This document shows, piece by piece, positions 44,971 to 54,411 of a stretch of DNA of 64,000 nt. Positions within the stretch are counted from its first letter, which is position 1. The number at the start of each line of letters is the position of its first letter. A model generated the notes under the pieces. The model ran no database searches and was not told where the DNA came from. It saw nothing but the letters and a program-made list of their open reading frames with translations. The DNA comes from Puniceicoccales bacterium (lineage in GTDB: Bacteria; Verrucomicrobiota; Verrucomicrobiia; Opitutales; UBA9783): assembly GCA_031266455.1 (NCBI GenBank), contig JAISBA010000005.1, positions 91,819-155,818 of the forward strand, given 5' to 3'. The position numbers were made by a program, and so were the translations under genes.

Positions 44971-45215
44971 TTCTCGAGAATATCATTTTCATATCAATTC
45001 CTCAATTTTTAGGGCAGCTATCAATTCGATGTTGCTTGAAGACGGGTTCGTGGGTATGCTTTCCCTCTGATCTTCTGCCCAAAAACCCCGCAGGATTCCT
45101 TAAAGGCTTGATGCTAAGACTTGAGGTAAATACTTCTGATGATCCTGACACATGGTACATTATATGCTATCATAAGTAAGGTTATAGATTTTACCAAAAT
45201 AGGATAGGACATGGT
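44971..45215 (+). repeat. upstream cassette copy M4 (full length)
   Basis: It aligns with 23071..23301. Cores are at 45025..45053 and 45096..45114. Confidence 0.75.
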
Positions 45216-45620
45216 ATGAACAAAATAATAAGTACATTTATAAAAGCGGGTTTTGTAACGGCAAGCTTGATGAGTGCAGTTGCTTTAAATGCTTGGTGGT
45301 GTGATCATTGTAAGAAAGTGCATCCTGAGTACAATTCAGTTTGTCCCATAACGAGACAACCACCACCCTGTTATGTAGCAAATAAGGCTGAGTACGAAAG
45401 CATCCAAAGCGGAATCGCTCAGCAGAAAGATATAACGAAACAAGACCTTACGGAAATACTAGAAGAACTTTCAAAAATTGATCCAGGGCAACTTGACCAA
45501 GGTCGACTTATGCCTGCCTCAATAACCATGACACGACGGACCCTCGCTTCAGAATTATTGACCAATTTTCAGCAAGATATTTCTATGAGCCTGAAGGATG
45601 TTATACAAAAAGTTAGATGA
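45216..45620 (+). CDS. CCHC-knuckle family protein P4 (short form, unrelated C-terminal module)
   Basis: N-terminus MNKIISTFIKAGFVTASLMSAVALNAWWCDHCKKVHPEYNSVCP. The remaining ~85 aa do not resemble P1 or P3. Confidence 0.6.
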   Translation: MNKIISTFIKAGFVTASLMSAVALNAWWCDHCKKVHPEYNSVCPITRQPPPCYVANKAEYESIQSGIAQQKDITKQDLTEILEELSKIDPGQLDQGRLMPASITMTRRTLASELLTNFQQDISMSLKDVIQKVR

Positions 45621-45760
45621 TCGTAAGACATAGCTTATCATCGGTGCTACAGCGCCATTGTACTCCTTTTCACTAAGAACAACATTGCATCTGCAAAATT
45701 CGAGATATTTTGAGAAGAAACCCCCAATCTTTACGGTATGGGTGCACGCGTAGGGTGACT

Positions 45761-46192
45761 TTATTCGTAAGGATTAGCCTCTAAAACTCCAAAATATACG
45801 GTGGATATTTTGTGCTTTGAATCATAGGATAGAAAGCTCGTAAATGATAGACCTTAGGGCAAAATAATGGCTCCATCATGGAAAAATAGCTTATTTTTAT
45901 TATTTTCCAAAACAAGTATGCCAAAGCCGTATCGTCCCAGGAATTCCGGTTCGTTGGCCTCAATGGCATAGGCCGTTAATCGCTTAAAGTGGTTGTTTTT
46001 GGAAAGGAAATCATTCCCTTCAATATTGGTTAGGGCAAGTTCACGGATATGCTTTACCTCTGAGTTTCTATCCCAAAACCCACAGGATTCCTTGAAGGCT
46101 TGATACTGAGACTTTCGATAGGATTCCTCCAGACCCTTACTCGATCCAATTAAAACTATTCTTAAACTGATAACCGTGAAACGAGGCCAAGA
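45761..46192 (-). pseudogene. start-less ORF relic containing an orphan copy (M5, about 46028..46125) of the cassette core; possibly a serine-hydrolase/beta-lactamase-family C-terminus
   Basis: Hand translation of the minus strand gives SWPRF...SQYQAFKESCGFWDRNSEVKHIRELALTNIEGNDFLSKNNHFKRLTAYAIEANEPEFLGRYGFGILVLENNKNKLFFHDGAIILP*GLSFTSFLSYDSKHKISTVYFGVLEANPYE*. It has no start codon and one in-frame TAA. The family assignment rests only on a YGFG...HDG pattern. Confidence 0.3.
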
Positions 46193-46346
46193 CTACTCTT
46201 CTTTTTGACACATTATCCAAAAAGAATAAAAATAGTATCCCTTTTATAATCTCGTGATGGGGAAACCCTTATAAAATTTTCACTCAGTAAGAATATATCT
46301 CTTTCTTGTTTTTTCTAATAAAATATGTCCGTAAGTCCATAAGATA

Positions 46347-47567
46347 TCACGGTTTTTGAAAATCGACCTTTCGTTTTTTAATGGATGAAACAATCTTAAA
46401 AAAAATATGCTTACCGACGCGTACTACGTAAGGAGTTGCATTTTCCAGTTTTGCCGTTGGATCCAAAATCTTCTGCCCATTGACTTCAACCCCACCTTGG
46501 ACTATCAGACGCTTTAAATCTTTCTTGCTTCCCGGATACACTTGAGCTGCTACAATGAGATCCATGAGATTGTCGTGCGGTAAAGCATCTCTTGAAAATT
46601 CGGGGATCTGATGGGGTGTACCCTTTTGGGAGAAGACGGCTTCAAAATCACGTTTGACTTCACTTATCTCCACCTCGGTAAAAAACTGCCCTAGCAATTT
46701 TACGGCCAAAGCTTTTTTCGCCATCATGGGATGTTCTGTTCTCAATACGGTAATAGGTTCTTCCGGTTCTAGTGCCAGTAATCGAAAGTACGTCCACATG
46801 GCTTCGTCCGGCAAGGACATGATTTTGCCAAACATATTTTTTGCGGATTCGTTCAACGCAATGTAATTGTTGTAACTTTTGGACATCTTGCGTACCCCAT
46901 CTAATCCCACCAACAACGGCATACACATGACCGTCTGTTCACTCTGCCCATACAGACGCTGAAACTGACGCCCCAAGCACATGTTAAACAATTGGTCTGT
47001 CCCTCCCAATTCAACGTCCGCCTGCAACATAACCGAATCGTACGCTTGTAATAACGGATACAAAAATTCAACGAGGGCTATGGGAGCATTTTGGGCGTAA
47101 CGTTTTGTAAAGTCGTCACGTTCCAAAAGCTGGGCAACCGTCACCTGTCGAGACAAATTTAACAGATCTCCAAAATCCATTTTGCAAAACCATTCGCTGT
47201 TGTAACGCACTTCCGTTTTTTTCACATCCAATACTTTAAATGCTTGGTCCAGGTAAGTTTTTGCATTTTGGGTAATCTGCTCCGGAGTTAACACAGGTCT
47301 TGTGCACGAACGTCCACTGGGATCTCCGATGCGTGTTGTGTAATCTCCAATTAAGAAAATAACCCTATGTCCAAAATTTTGGAATTGTTTCAATTTATTG
47401 AAGACAACCCAATGTCCGAACGTTAAATCGGGACGTGTGGGATCCACACCTAATTTTACGCGTAAACACTGACCTCGAGTGAGCTTTTCTTTCAGTATGG
47501 TTTCACCCACACAGTGCTCCAGATTTTGAGATAACGACTCCCATTGCGATACTAAATCAACATTCAT
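46347..47567 (-). CDS. tyrS: tyrosine--tRNA ligase
   Basis: Class I motifs are present (DLTFGHWVV in the HIGH region, and KMSKS). The C-terminal domain is S4-like (LIVQGGVEVNGQKI). Confidence 0.92.
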   Translation of the reverse strand: MNVDLVSQWESLSQNLEHCVGETILKEKLTRGQCLRVKLGVDPTRPDLTFGHWVVFNKLKQFQNFGHRVIFLIGDYTTRIGDPSGRSCTRPVLTPEQITQNAKTYLDQAFKVLDVKKTEVRYNSEWFCKMDFGDLLNLSRQVTVAQLLERDDFTKRYAQNAPIALVEFLYPLLQAYDSVMLQADVELGGTDQLFNMCLGRQFQRLYGQSEQTVMCMPLLVGLDGVRKMSKSYNNYIALNESAKNMFGKIMSLPDEAMWTYFRLLALEPEEPITVLRTEHPMMAKKALAVKLLGQFFTEVEISEVKRDFEAVFSQKGTPHQIPEFSRDALPHDNLMDLIVAAQVYPGSKKDLKRLIVQGGVEVNGQKILDPTAKLENATPYVVRVGKHIFFKIVSSIKKRKVDFQKP

Positions 47568-48823
47568 TTTTTTAAATTGTAATTTTTATTGCGCATACAC
47601 CATGCAATAACCGTGCCACCCATGACAACATTTAACAATATACCCAAAGCGAATTCGTAATCGCGGGCCAGATAAATTCTTAAGCCCTGCTCATTCGTAA
47701 TCCCCGACCAATGTTTATCCAGAGAAAATGCAACCAAGCCCTGCAGGCAAGATAAGCCCAACATATTAATCGTATTGACCCAACCTATGATGAGCGCCGA
47801 GGTTTTGGGTGTTGACAATTGGGCTGCCAACGAAAAACACAGGATGTCGGCGCAAGCCACAACGCCGGCCCCAAATAATGCGGTTTGTAATAAAAAAGGG
47901 GGTATGGATGCTGAGCCGTAGATTAAACATATAAAAATACCCCCCAATAGAAGGTAACAGGTACGGATGCCTTGCAAAATTCTTTTGCCTTCACTAAATA
48001 CGGTGGGTATCAAAAAGCTGCCCACCATCAATCCTGCAAAAATGCTTTGATTGTAATGGATTGCTTGCAGAGGAGACAGATGGTATTTTGCGCTTAAAAA
48101 AGCAGGTCCCCATAGGTCCGACACCGTATTCACAACGGCGCATGTTCCAATGGTTAATAGTGCGTACAAAAAAATTTTAGGATTCAACAACACGGAACAA
48201 AAGGATGGCCAAAAACGGGTGGATTCCCTAGAGGCATCCGCAGACCGATCTTCGTTTGAAGTCGCCAAGGAAAGTAACAGTATGACCCACAGGATACCCC
48301 CTATCCACGACAGATTATCAATGGCTTGCTGCCAACTTAAGCCAGTAGCCTCCAATTGCCGCAACCAATGGCTGCTCACCAGGGTAGTCATCAGGCCAAA
48401 AACACAGGTAATACCTATAAAAATACCGCAAAGCCTATTGGGAAAAGAATCCGAAATGACCTTTACAACACCTATAAATGCAGGTGCAGCTCCTATCCCA
48501 ATGAGAATACGCCCTCCCTGAGCAACCCACTGAGTGTGCGTATGTGTAAATAAGTGTTGGCCTATCAAGCACAGGCCTAAGGAAGCGATAATAATCCATC
48601 GCACGCCCATTTTATCCAACAAAATACCCAACGGAATTTGCAGGCAACTGTACACGCCAATGCAATAAGTACTCAAAGTTGAAAATTCATTGGCAGAAAA
48701 TTGGAACGTGGCCCTAATTTCATCCGTAAAAATGCTCGGATAAATACGTAATAAATATTGGTAGGCAACAAACGCAGACAGAAGTACCCAATTCCAGTAA
48801 GCTTGTTTACGCGAATGTTGCAT
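47564..48823 (-). CDS. MFS transporter
   Basis: 419 aa with a ~12-TM profile and an MFS loop motif (LLDKMGVRW). It overlaps the tyrS start by 4 nt. Confidence 0.8.
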   Translation of the reverse strand: MQHSRKQAYWNWVLLSAFVAYQYLLRIYPSIFTDEIRATFQFSANEFSTLSTYCIGVYSCLQIPLGILLDKMGVRWIIIASLGLCLIGQHLFTHTHTQWVAQGGRILIGIGAAPAFIGVVKVISDSFPNRLCGIFIGITCVFGLMTTLVSSHWLRQLEATGLSWQQAIDNLSWIGGILWVILLLSLATSNEDRSADASRESTRFWPSFCSVLLNPKIFLYALLTIGTCAVVNTVSDLWGPAFLSAKYHLSPLQAIHYNQSIFAGLMVGSFLIPTVFSEGKRILQGIRTCYLLLGGIFICLIYGSASIPPFLLQTALFGAGVVACADILCFSLAAQLSTPKTSALIIGWVNTINMLGLSCLQGLVAFSLDKHWSGITNEQGLRIYLARDYEFALGILLNVVMGGTVIAWCMRNKNYNLKK

Positions 48824-48937
48824 GACAATTTAACATCAAAAAACTGCTGCAACTTCAATCTTAAAATAAGGAGTTTTGAAATCACGTTTACCAAAAACGT
48901 GCATATTTTTTATTTATGTTACGCGTGATAAAATATT

Positions 48938-49417
48938 TCAAAAATCGCGAACATCATATGTCTTCTCTTGGGAACCCTCTTTGAGGGATAAAGCATTCTT
49001 GATGGGAACCAGCAAAACAGGTTCCTTCGTCTTCAACCAAAGCTTGTGCTCCTTAAAAATTTTAGCCGAAACGTTTTCACAGGTCTCGCCAACGGTTGTA
49101 ACGGGCGATTTCCTGCCTTTTTTACTTAAATTGAAAGCCTTCGCCACCTTCGTTAATTTTTCTCCCACCGATTGCATAGGCTCATCCTCTGGCGTCTGTA
49201 AAATCCACCCTACGCATTCCTTTTCGGATAAGATGCCTTCATTGTCCGCTACCAAAATAACAAATTGCCTCTTCGGTGGCACTAATTTTTGTAATTCATT
49301 TTTACCTTCCTCTTGGGCTGCCGATTGCAATTCGCTAATGATTTCATCCAAAAGGCAATTATCCAAAGAAGCGTTTAGAAGTACCCGTTTTACGAGATTG
49401 AGGTCAACTTTTATCAT
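48938..49417 (-). CDS. hypothetical protein
   Basis: 159 aa with a balanced, charged composition and no recognised motif. It is preferred over the fully overlapping plus-strand ORF 48876..49457, which has an S/F/L-rich shadow composition. Confidence 0.45.
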   Translation of the reverse strand: MIKVDLNLVKRVLLNASLDNCLLDEIISELQSAAQEEGKNELQKLVPPKRQFVILVADNEGILSEKECVGWILQTPEDEPMQSVGEKLTKVAKAFNLSKKGRKSPVTTVGETCENVSAKIFKEHKLWLKTKEPVLLVPIKNALSLKEGSQEKTYDVRDF

Positions 49418-49486
49418 AAATTTAATAGAAGATAGCCGAGTTTACGCGGTTTTGTAAATGTTTTTCATATACATTTTGCTTAAATC

Positions 49487-49515
49487 TTGACATTGGGTTG
49501 AAAGCACACGATAAT
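49487..49515 (+). promoter_or_regulatory. near-consensus sigma-70-like promoter TTGACA-17-GATAAT, ending 7 nt before the ATG
   Basis: TTGACA lies at 49487..49492, followed by a 17-nt spacer and GATAAT at 49510..49515. The family-aligned start ATG is at 49523 and has no Shine-Dalgarno. Confidence 0.45.
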
Positions 49516-49522
49516 GATGCAT

Positions 49523-50143
49523 ATGAGATGTGATGTACAAAGGATAATTAAAGTAGGTGGAATTGTGGCTATCATTATGGGAGCGATTAGCTTGCATGCT
49601 TGGGACTGCCCAGATTGCAAAGAGGTACACGATGATCCATTTTGTTCTGTAACAGGCAAAGATAAAAACGGTTTGACGCCAAGCGATTATGAATTTGCAG
49701 GAAGTCTTCCAGATGGTATTGTTGTCTATGGTACACCTCATGGACATAGAAGCCCAGATGGGCAAGCTGTTCACGAGGTTGGAACGGGCTATTTTTTGTA
49801 TAAGCTTCCAACAAGTTTTGGGTCCTTCGTTTATTGTGATGGTGTAAATAATAGTGCATACAATGAAAATGGGGAAGAATATTCTATAGTAGGATCTATC
49901 GCTGACGGCAATCTAGTTTTTTTGTACACACAAGCCCCCAAGGATCTATTATTTACTATATCTTTGAACAAATGTACGACAATCTTCAAAACCCAAGATA
50001 ATCGTTTTGTGTATGGAGAACCTTGTTATCAAGTTTTATCAAACTCAAAAGATGTTTACTTCGACGGTTTTGAATATACGGATTCGGAGGGCAATACTTA
50101 CGAAAGAAATGAGCTCAAAATATGCAAAGACACTTGTGACTAA
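49523..50143 (+). CDS. CCHC-knuckle family protein P5 (divergent member)
   Basis: MRCDVQRIIKVGGIVAIIMGAISLHAWDCPDCKEVHDDPFCSVTG aligns residue for residue with P1-P4 from this ATG. The C-terminal DVYFDGFEYTDSEGNTYERNEL echoes the YFDG..W.D.NTG.IY block. Confidence 0.65.
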   Translation: MRCDVQRIIKVGGIVAIIMGAISLHAWDCPDCKEVHDDPFCSVTGKDKNGLTPSDYEFAGSLPDGIVVYGTPHGHRSPDGQAVHEVGTGYFLYKLPTSFGSFVYCDGVNNSAYNENGEEYSIVGSIADGNLVFLYTQAPKDLLFTISLNKCTTIFKTQDNRFVYGEPCYQVLSNSKDVYFDGFEYTDSEGNTYERNELKICKDTCD

Positions 50144-50220
50144 CTTCGATTTTTATGGGAATATCTTTAGCTTGCCTCAGGTAAAAGGATCCTTCGCTTC
50201 TCTCTAACGAGAATAATTAC

Positions 50221-52080
50221 CTACCTTTGTTGCATTTTTTGAGGCAAGATGCGCTCTTTAATTTCCAATTGCAATAGCTGCAGCACACTTTCCAAAGTAT
50301 GTGTCCCTGCATGTTTGGGTTGGCATCGGGAACGTATGGTAATCGAACACGCTTCTTGCTCCTTTTCTCCGATAATGAAGACGTAAGGCACTTTTTCCAT
50401 TTCCGCTTTTCTAATTTTTGCTCCCAGTGTTTCGGACTTATCGTCTACAGAGCAGCGAATGTTAAGTTTTTTCAGTCGAGCATGGACCTCATCGGCGTAA
50501 GAAACCAGATTATCATTGATAGGCAAAATACGTACCTGTTCGGGAGAAAGCCATAGAGGAAAATCACCTGCAAAATGCTCGATGAGTAGGCCGCAAAACC
50601 GTTCCATTGATCCAAAAGGTGCCCTATGGATCATGATGGGAACATGCGCTTGATTATCTTTGCCTACATAGGTAATTTTGAATCTCTGGGGTAAATTGTA
50701 ATCAATCTGAATGGTCCCCAATTGCCATTCACGCCCAATGACATCGCGTACAATAAAATCTAATTTTGGGCCATAAAAAGCCGCTTCTCCAACGACTTCG
50801 GTGGCCGGTTTAGATAATTGTTGGGCCGCTTTTCTCAAACCCTCTTCTGCTTTTTCCCACAAATGATCCTCTCCGATGTATTTATCTAAATTCGGATCGC
50901 GCAACGAGATACGTACGCGATAATCGCTCATGCCAAGTGTGTTAAAGATGATATTAATCAATTTTAAACATCCGGAAAGCTCATCGGCCAGCTGCTCTTC
51001 CGTACAAAAAATATGCGCATCGTCCTGAGTAAACCCACGAACACGCGTTAGTCCCCCTAATTCTCCCGATTGTTCCCAACGATAGACCGTTCCAAACTCG
51101 GCCATACGTATGGGCAAATCACGGTAAGAATGCGGCTGCGACGCAAATAAACGCACGTGCATAGGGCAATTCATGGGTTTTAGTAAAAAGCCTTCTATAT
51201 TTTCCGCATCGTCCAGCTGCCGCTTAAGCGTTTCGCAAGATTGTGTCTCGCCCACTAGATGATTCCAATCATCCCTATTCCAAATGGGGGCAAATTGCGA
51301 ATCTTTATAGTAGGGATAGTGACCAGAAGTTCTGAATAAATCCAATTTTCCTATGTGGGGCGTTATGACTTGGACGTATCCCTGACGATCTAATTCTTCC
51401 GTTAAAAATGCCTGCAACGTTTGCCGAAGAATCGTTCCTTTTGGAGTCCACAAAATGAGTCCTTGCCCTACCAGGTCGTCGATGTAAAACAGATTGAGCT
51501 GAATACCCAACGTTCTGTGATCGTGTTTTTTAGCTAATTCCAATTGATTAAGATAACCCTGAAGCGCTTCTTCCGATTCAAAGGCGGTCCCATAAATTCG
51601 TTGCAACTGTTTATTTTTTTCATCCCCCCGATAGTAGCAACCTGCGACGCTCAATAATTTTATGGCTTTGATGCAGTTTGTGGACTTAACGTGAGGCCCA
51701 CGGCATAGATCCAGAAAATTTCCATTACGGTACAGAGAAACGGTTTCATCTTTTGGAATGTCGGCCAGCCGTTCTATTTTGTAAGGCTGAGATAACCGTC
51801 GAAATTGTTCTTCGGCTTCTTCACGAGAGACTTCAATGCGCTCAAAAGGTTCGTTTGCCTCAATAATGCATTTCATCTCCGCTTCAATTGCTTCCAAATC
51901 ACCGATCGTTAACGTGTGCGTCAAATCAAAGTCGTAATAAAACCCGTTATCAATCGAGGGCCCAATGTCATATTTCGCCGTTGGAAACAATCGTACGATG
52001 GCAGCGGCAAGCACGTGGGCTGCCGAGTGTCGTAATTGTTGCAAATAGTCCGACTTTTCATCCGTTAACTTCATGCCCAT
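50221..52080 (-). CDS. thrS: threonine--tRNA ligase (no recognisable N-terminal TGS domain)
   Basis: RHSAAHVLAAAI (N2/editing-domain His motif) lies within 20 aa of the start. HDHRTLG, the class II core (FRWEQSGELGGLTRVRGFTQDDAHIF) and a C-terminal anticodon-binding domain follow. Start set at ATG 52080, with an alternative at 52074. Confidence 0.9.
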   Translation of the reverse strand: MGMKLTDEKSDYLQQLRHSAAHVLAAAIVRLFPTAKYDIGPSIDNGFYYDFDLTHTLTIGDLEAIEAEMKCIIEANEPFERIEVSREEAEEQFRRLSQPYKIERLADIPKDETVSLYRNGNFLDLCRGPHVKSTNCIKAIKLLSVAGCYYRGDEKNKQLQRIYGTAFESEEALQGYLNQLELAKKHDHRTLGIQLNLFYIDDLVGQGLILWTPKGTILRQTLQAFLTEELDRQGYVQVITPHIGKLDLFRTSGHYPYYKDSQFAPIWNRDDWNHLVGETQSCETLKRQLDDAENIEGFLLKPMNCPMHVRLFASQPHSYRDLPIRMAEFGTVYRWEQSGELGGLTRVRGFTQDDAHIFCTEEQLADELSGCLKLINIIFNTLGMSDYRVRISLRDPNLDKYIGEDHLWEKAEEGLRKAAQQLSKPATEVVGEAAFYGPKLDFIVRDVIGREWQLGTIQIDYNLPQRFKITYVGKDNQAHVPIMIHRAPFGSMERFCGLLIEHFAGDFPLWLSPEQVRILPINDNLVSYADEVHARLKKLNIRCSVDDKSETLGAKIRKAEMEKVPYVFIIGEKEQEACSITIRSRCQPKHAGTHTLESVLQLLQLEIKERILPQKMQQR

Positions 52081-52631
52081 TAACCTAAGGAAGAACCAAA
52101 TAATCTTCAAGGATTTTTTATGAAAACAACGACTCGCATTTGGATAAATTTTCAAGGTAACGTCGGTGGAGAGAAAGAGATATATTTGCCCTGAACTAAA
52201 CGTATACCATGAACACAATTAGAAGAGGCATTGGGGAAAAACTCCTCAGATATATTCTGTTTGAAAACGTCCGAATGTACTTTTTCTAATACTTATATCG
52301 CATCGGTATCTCACGTTTTTATAAAAAATTAACTTGACTTCATCGATGGATTATGCTGCCATGTTTATAATAATAATGTGACAATATGAGAGCTGTTAAC
52401 TTACTGAAAGTTGGATCGCAAAAGTGCCATGGGGTATTTCTTTTCATGTTGTTGTCTTTTCATTATCTGCGAACTAGCATGGCATTCGTAATTGCCGAAT
52501 CGCAGCTTATTTTTGTTCGCTAGTTTTTCTCCAAGAATACCTGCGAAAATTCGGTATACGGGTGCTTTAGTCTAGCCGCCATCAATCTCTCTAACAACTA
52601 CGTTAACTTGTATTTTTTCAAACGGATAAAA

Positions 52632-53807
52632 ATGAAAAAGTTTATTATGCCCATTATTTTCCTATTTGCGCTAATCTTACCCGCGCTGTACGGCCACTTA
52701 TTACCCGACGCCATAACATCTTTTTTTTACGCCCTCAGCCTTACCATCAAGGAGTGCATCATTTTTGTTTTACCGTTGGTTATTTTTTCTTTGCTTTACA
52801 CATCTCTCGGGCGAATTGGTGTGGGTTCATTAAGATTTTTAATCTTTATTGCTCCCTTGATATGCTTTTCAAATTTTATAAACACGCTGCTATCCTATTT
52901 GCTCAGCAGTTGCTGCATAAAAATTGGCCTATTGTCTGTTATTCCCTTCGTGCAACAGAACCATTCTAGCGTTATTCCTCTTTTCTCATTTTCATTGCCG
53001 CCCATTGTTTCCAATGACCTGGCTTTGTTGGCGGGAATTTTGGGAGGTATTGCATCCAGTTTAATGAAATCTCATAAGCTACATGCAAAGGTGTCGATGA
53101 TCGCCGAAAAATTCATGAAATATTTTTTCAGGCTTTTAATTCCACTGATGCCCTTGTTTATATTTGGAACAGCGTTGAAACTTAACCATGACGAAATGAT
53201 AGGGCTCATTTTATCCAAATACCTTGTAGTCATGGAGATTTTTGTGTTTTCCGCTTACGGCTACGTGCTGTTGCAATTATTGGTCTTATCCGGATTTCGT
53301 TTTGGCCACTGGATCGATTATCTGAAAAATTTGCTGCCGGCCGTTGTCACTGGATTTGGTTCCATGTCGAGCGCAGCTGCTCTTCCACTCTCCATTAAGG
53401 CAGCGGCAGCAAATTTGCAAAATAAGGATAATGCGGCAATTATTGTTCCACTTTCGGTTAACGTACATCTGGTAGGCGACTGTTTCTTCATTCCCTTTGT
53501 AGCCGTAGCAATTCTAACTTCTTTTAGTCAAGAGCTTCCAAATATTTCAACGTATCTCGTATTTGCCGTTTACTTCGTTATGGCTAAATTTGCAGTTGCA
53601 GCCGTACCCGGAGGAGGTATTTTGGTCATGCTACCGATTCTGCAAAACCACCTCGGGTTTAACGCGGATATGCTTGGCTTAATTACGGCTCTGTATGTTT
53701 TATTTGATTCTTTTATCACCGCCTGTAATGTCATGGGCAACGGTTCCCTGGCAATTATTTTTGATAAAATTACAAAAATAGGGAAATTTGTACAAAAAAG
53801 GAATTAA
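52632..53807 (+). CDS. dicarboxylate/amino acid:cation symporter (DAACS) family transporter
   Basis: Polytopic protein with GFGSMSSAAALPLSIK and VPGGGILVMLPIL, which resemble DAACS re-entrant loop motifs. Start at ATG 52632; the ORF track starts at a TTG at 52608. Confidence 0.8.
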   Translation: MKKFIMPIIFLFALILPALYGHLLPDAITSFFYALSLTIKECIIFVLPLVIFSLLYTSLGRIGVGSLRFLIFIAPLICFSNFINTLLSYLLSSCCIKIGLLSVIPFVQQNHSSVIPLFSFSLPPIVSNDLALLAGILGGIASSLMKSHKLHAKVSMIAEKFMKYFFRLLIPLMPLFIFGTALKLNHDEMIGLILSKYLVVMEIFVFSAYGYVLLQLLVLSGFRFGHWIDYLKNLLPAVVTGFGSMSSAAALPLSIKAAAANLQNKDNAAIIVPLSVNVHLVGDCFFIPFVAVAILTSFSQELPNISTYLVFAVYFVMAKFAVAAVPGGGILVMLPILQNHLGFNADMLGLITALYVLFDSFITACNVMGNGSLAIIFDKITKIGKFVQKRN

Positions 53808-53983
53808 GGCCCTTGGTTTAAACATTAAAATGAAGTACAAGAGGCAAATATATTAAATGGCTAAAAGGCTTCTGAGGATATTTTGCAATTTATTCTTTTG
53901 GGGCAATAACAGGTTAGTTTACCTTTAATTTGCGGGCTTTGAGAGACATAGCGATCTTACCGGCACAAAAATCTACAAAGCCA

Positions 53984-54343
53984 TTAAAAGTGAATAGCTT
54001 GTTGTGCATTAGCCGCATCGGATTCCGGTGTCAAAAACCGTATAACGTATTCTTTCTCCTTTACAAAACCTAAATGCTCCCGAATTAATTTTTCCCTGAA
54101 ACTGGGTTGGGTTTCTACCTTGCGTACAAAATGCTGTTTTTGAGATAAATGCACACGAGATGCCTCCAGGTGTTGTACTAAAAGTGAGTTTTTATCGCGC
54201 AAAGCGCGGTATAAATGATAGGATTTAAAAAATTGCTTTCCCCAGATATTTAAAAAGATTAACGCAATCACCAGTACCCAAACAAGCCATTTGTGACGAC
54301 ATAGGTATCGGCATAGGGTGATAGGGATTGTATAAATTTTCAC
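53984..54343 (-). CDS. septum formation initiator (FtsB/DivIC-like)
   Basis: 119 aa. One N-terminal TM helix (WLVWVLVIALIFLNIW) is followed by a coiled-coil segment and REKLIREHLGFVKEKEYVIRF, the typical FtsB C-terminal block. Confidence 0.65.
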   Translation of the reverse strand: MKIYTIPITLCRYLCRHKWLVWVLVIALIFLNIWGKQFFKSYHLYRALRDKNSLLVQHLEASRVHLSQKQHFVRKVETQPSFREKLIREHLGFVKEKEYVIRFLTPESDAANAQQAIHF

Positions 54344-54411
54344 TAAAGACCTATATTTTCATTGCCAAAACGAAAAGTCAAAATTAAAGTAGAGAAAGGA
54401 AGAATTTCGTT

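Noticed and set aside
48876-49457. 193-aa plus-strand ORF completely overlapping the 159-aa minus-strand ORF 48938..49417
   Set aside because: Its composition is S/F/L/T/C-rich with few charged residues, typical of the antisense shadow of a K/E-rich gene. The minus-strand product has a normal globular composition, so only that ORF was called.
52081-52218. 46 extra N-terminal codons of the thrS ORF as a possible degenerate TGS domain
   Set aside because: The sequence (MCSWYTFSSGQIYLFLSTDVTLKIYPNASRCFHKKSLKIIWFFLRL) shows no TGS-like pattern and is hydrophobic/aromatic-rich like translated AT-rich non-coding DNA.
52219-52631. Long untranslated gap between thrS and the DAACS transporter, examined for a riboswitch, T-box or small RNA
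   Set aside because: Only an imperfect inverted repeat was found (TGCCATG at 52425..52431 and CATGGCA at 52478..52484). No T-box specifier/antiterminator or other known riboswitch core was recognisable by eye. It would need a covariance-model scan.
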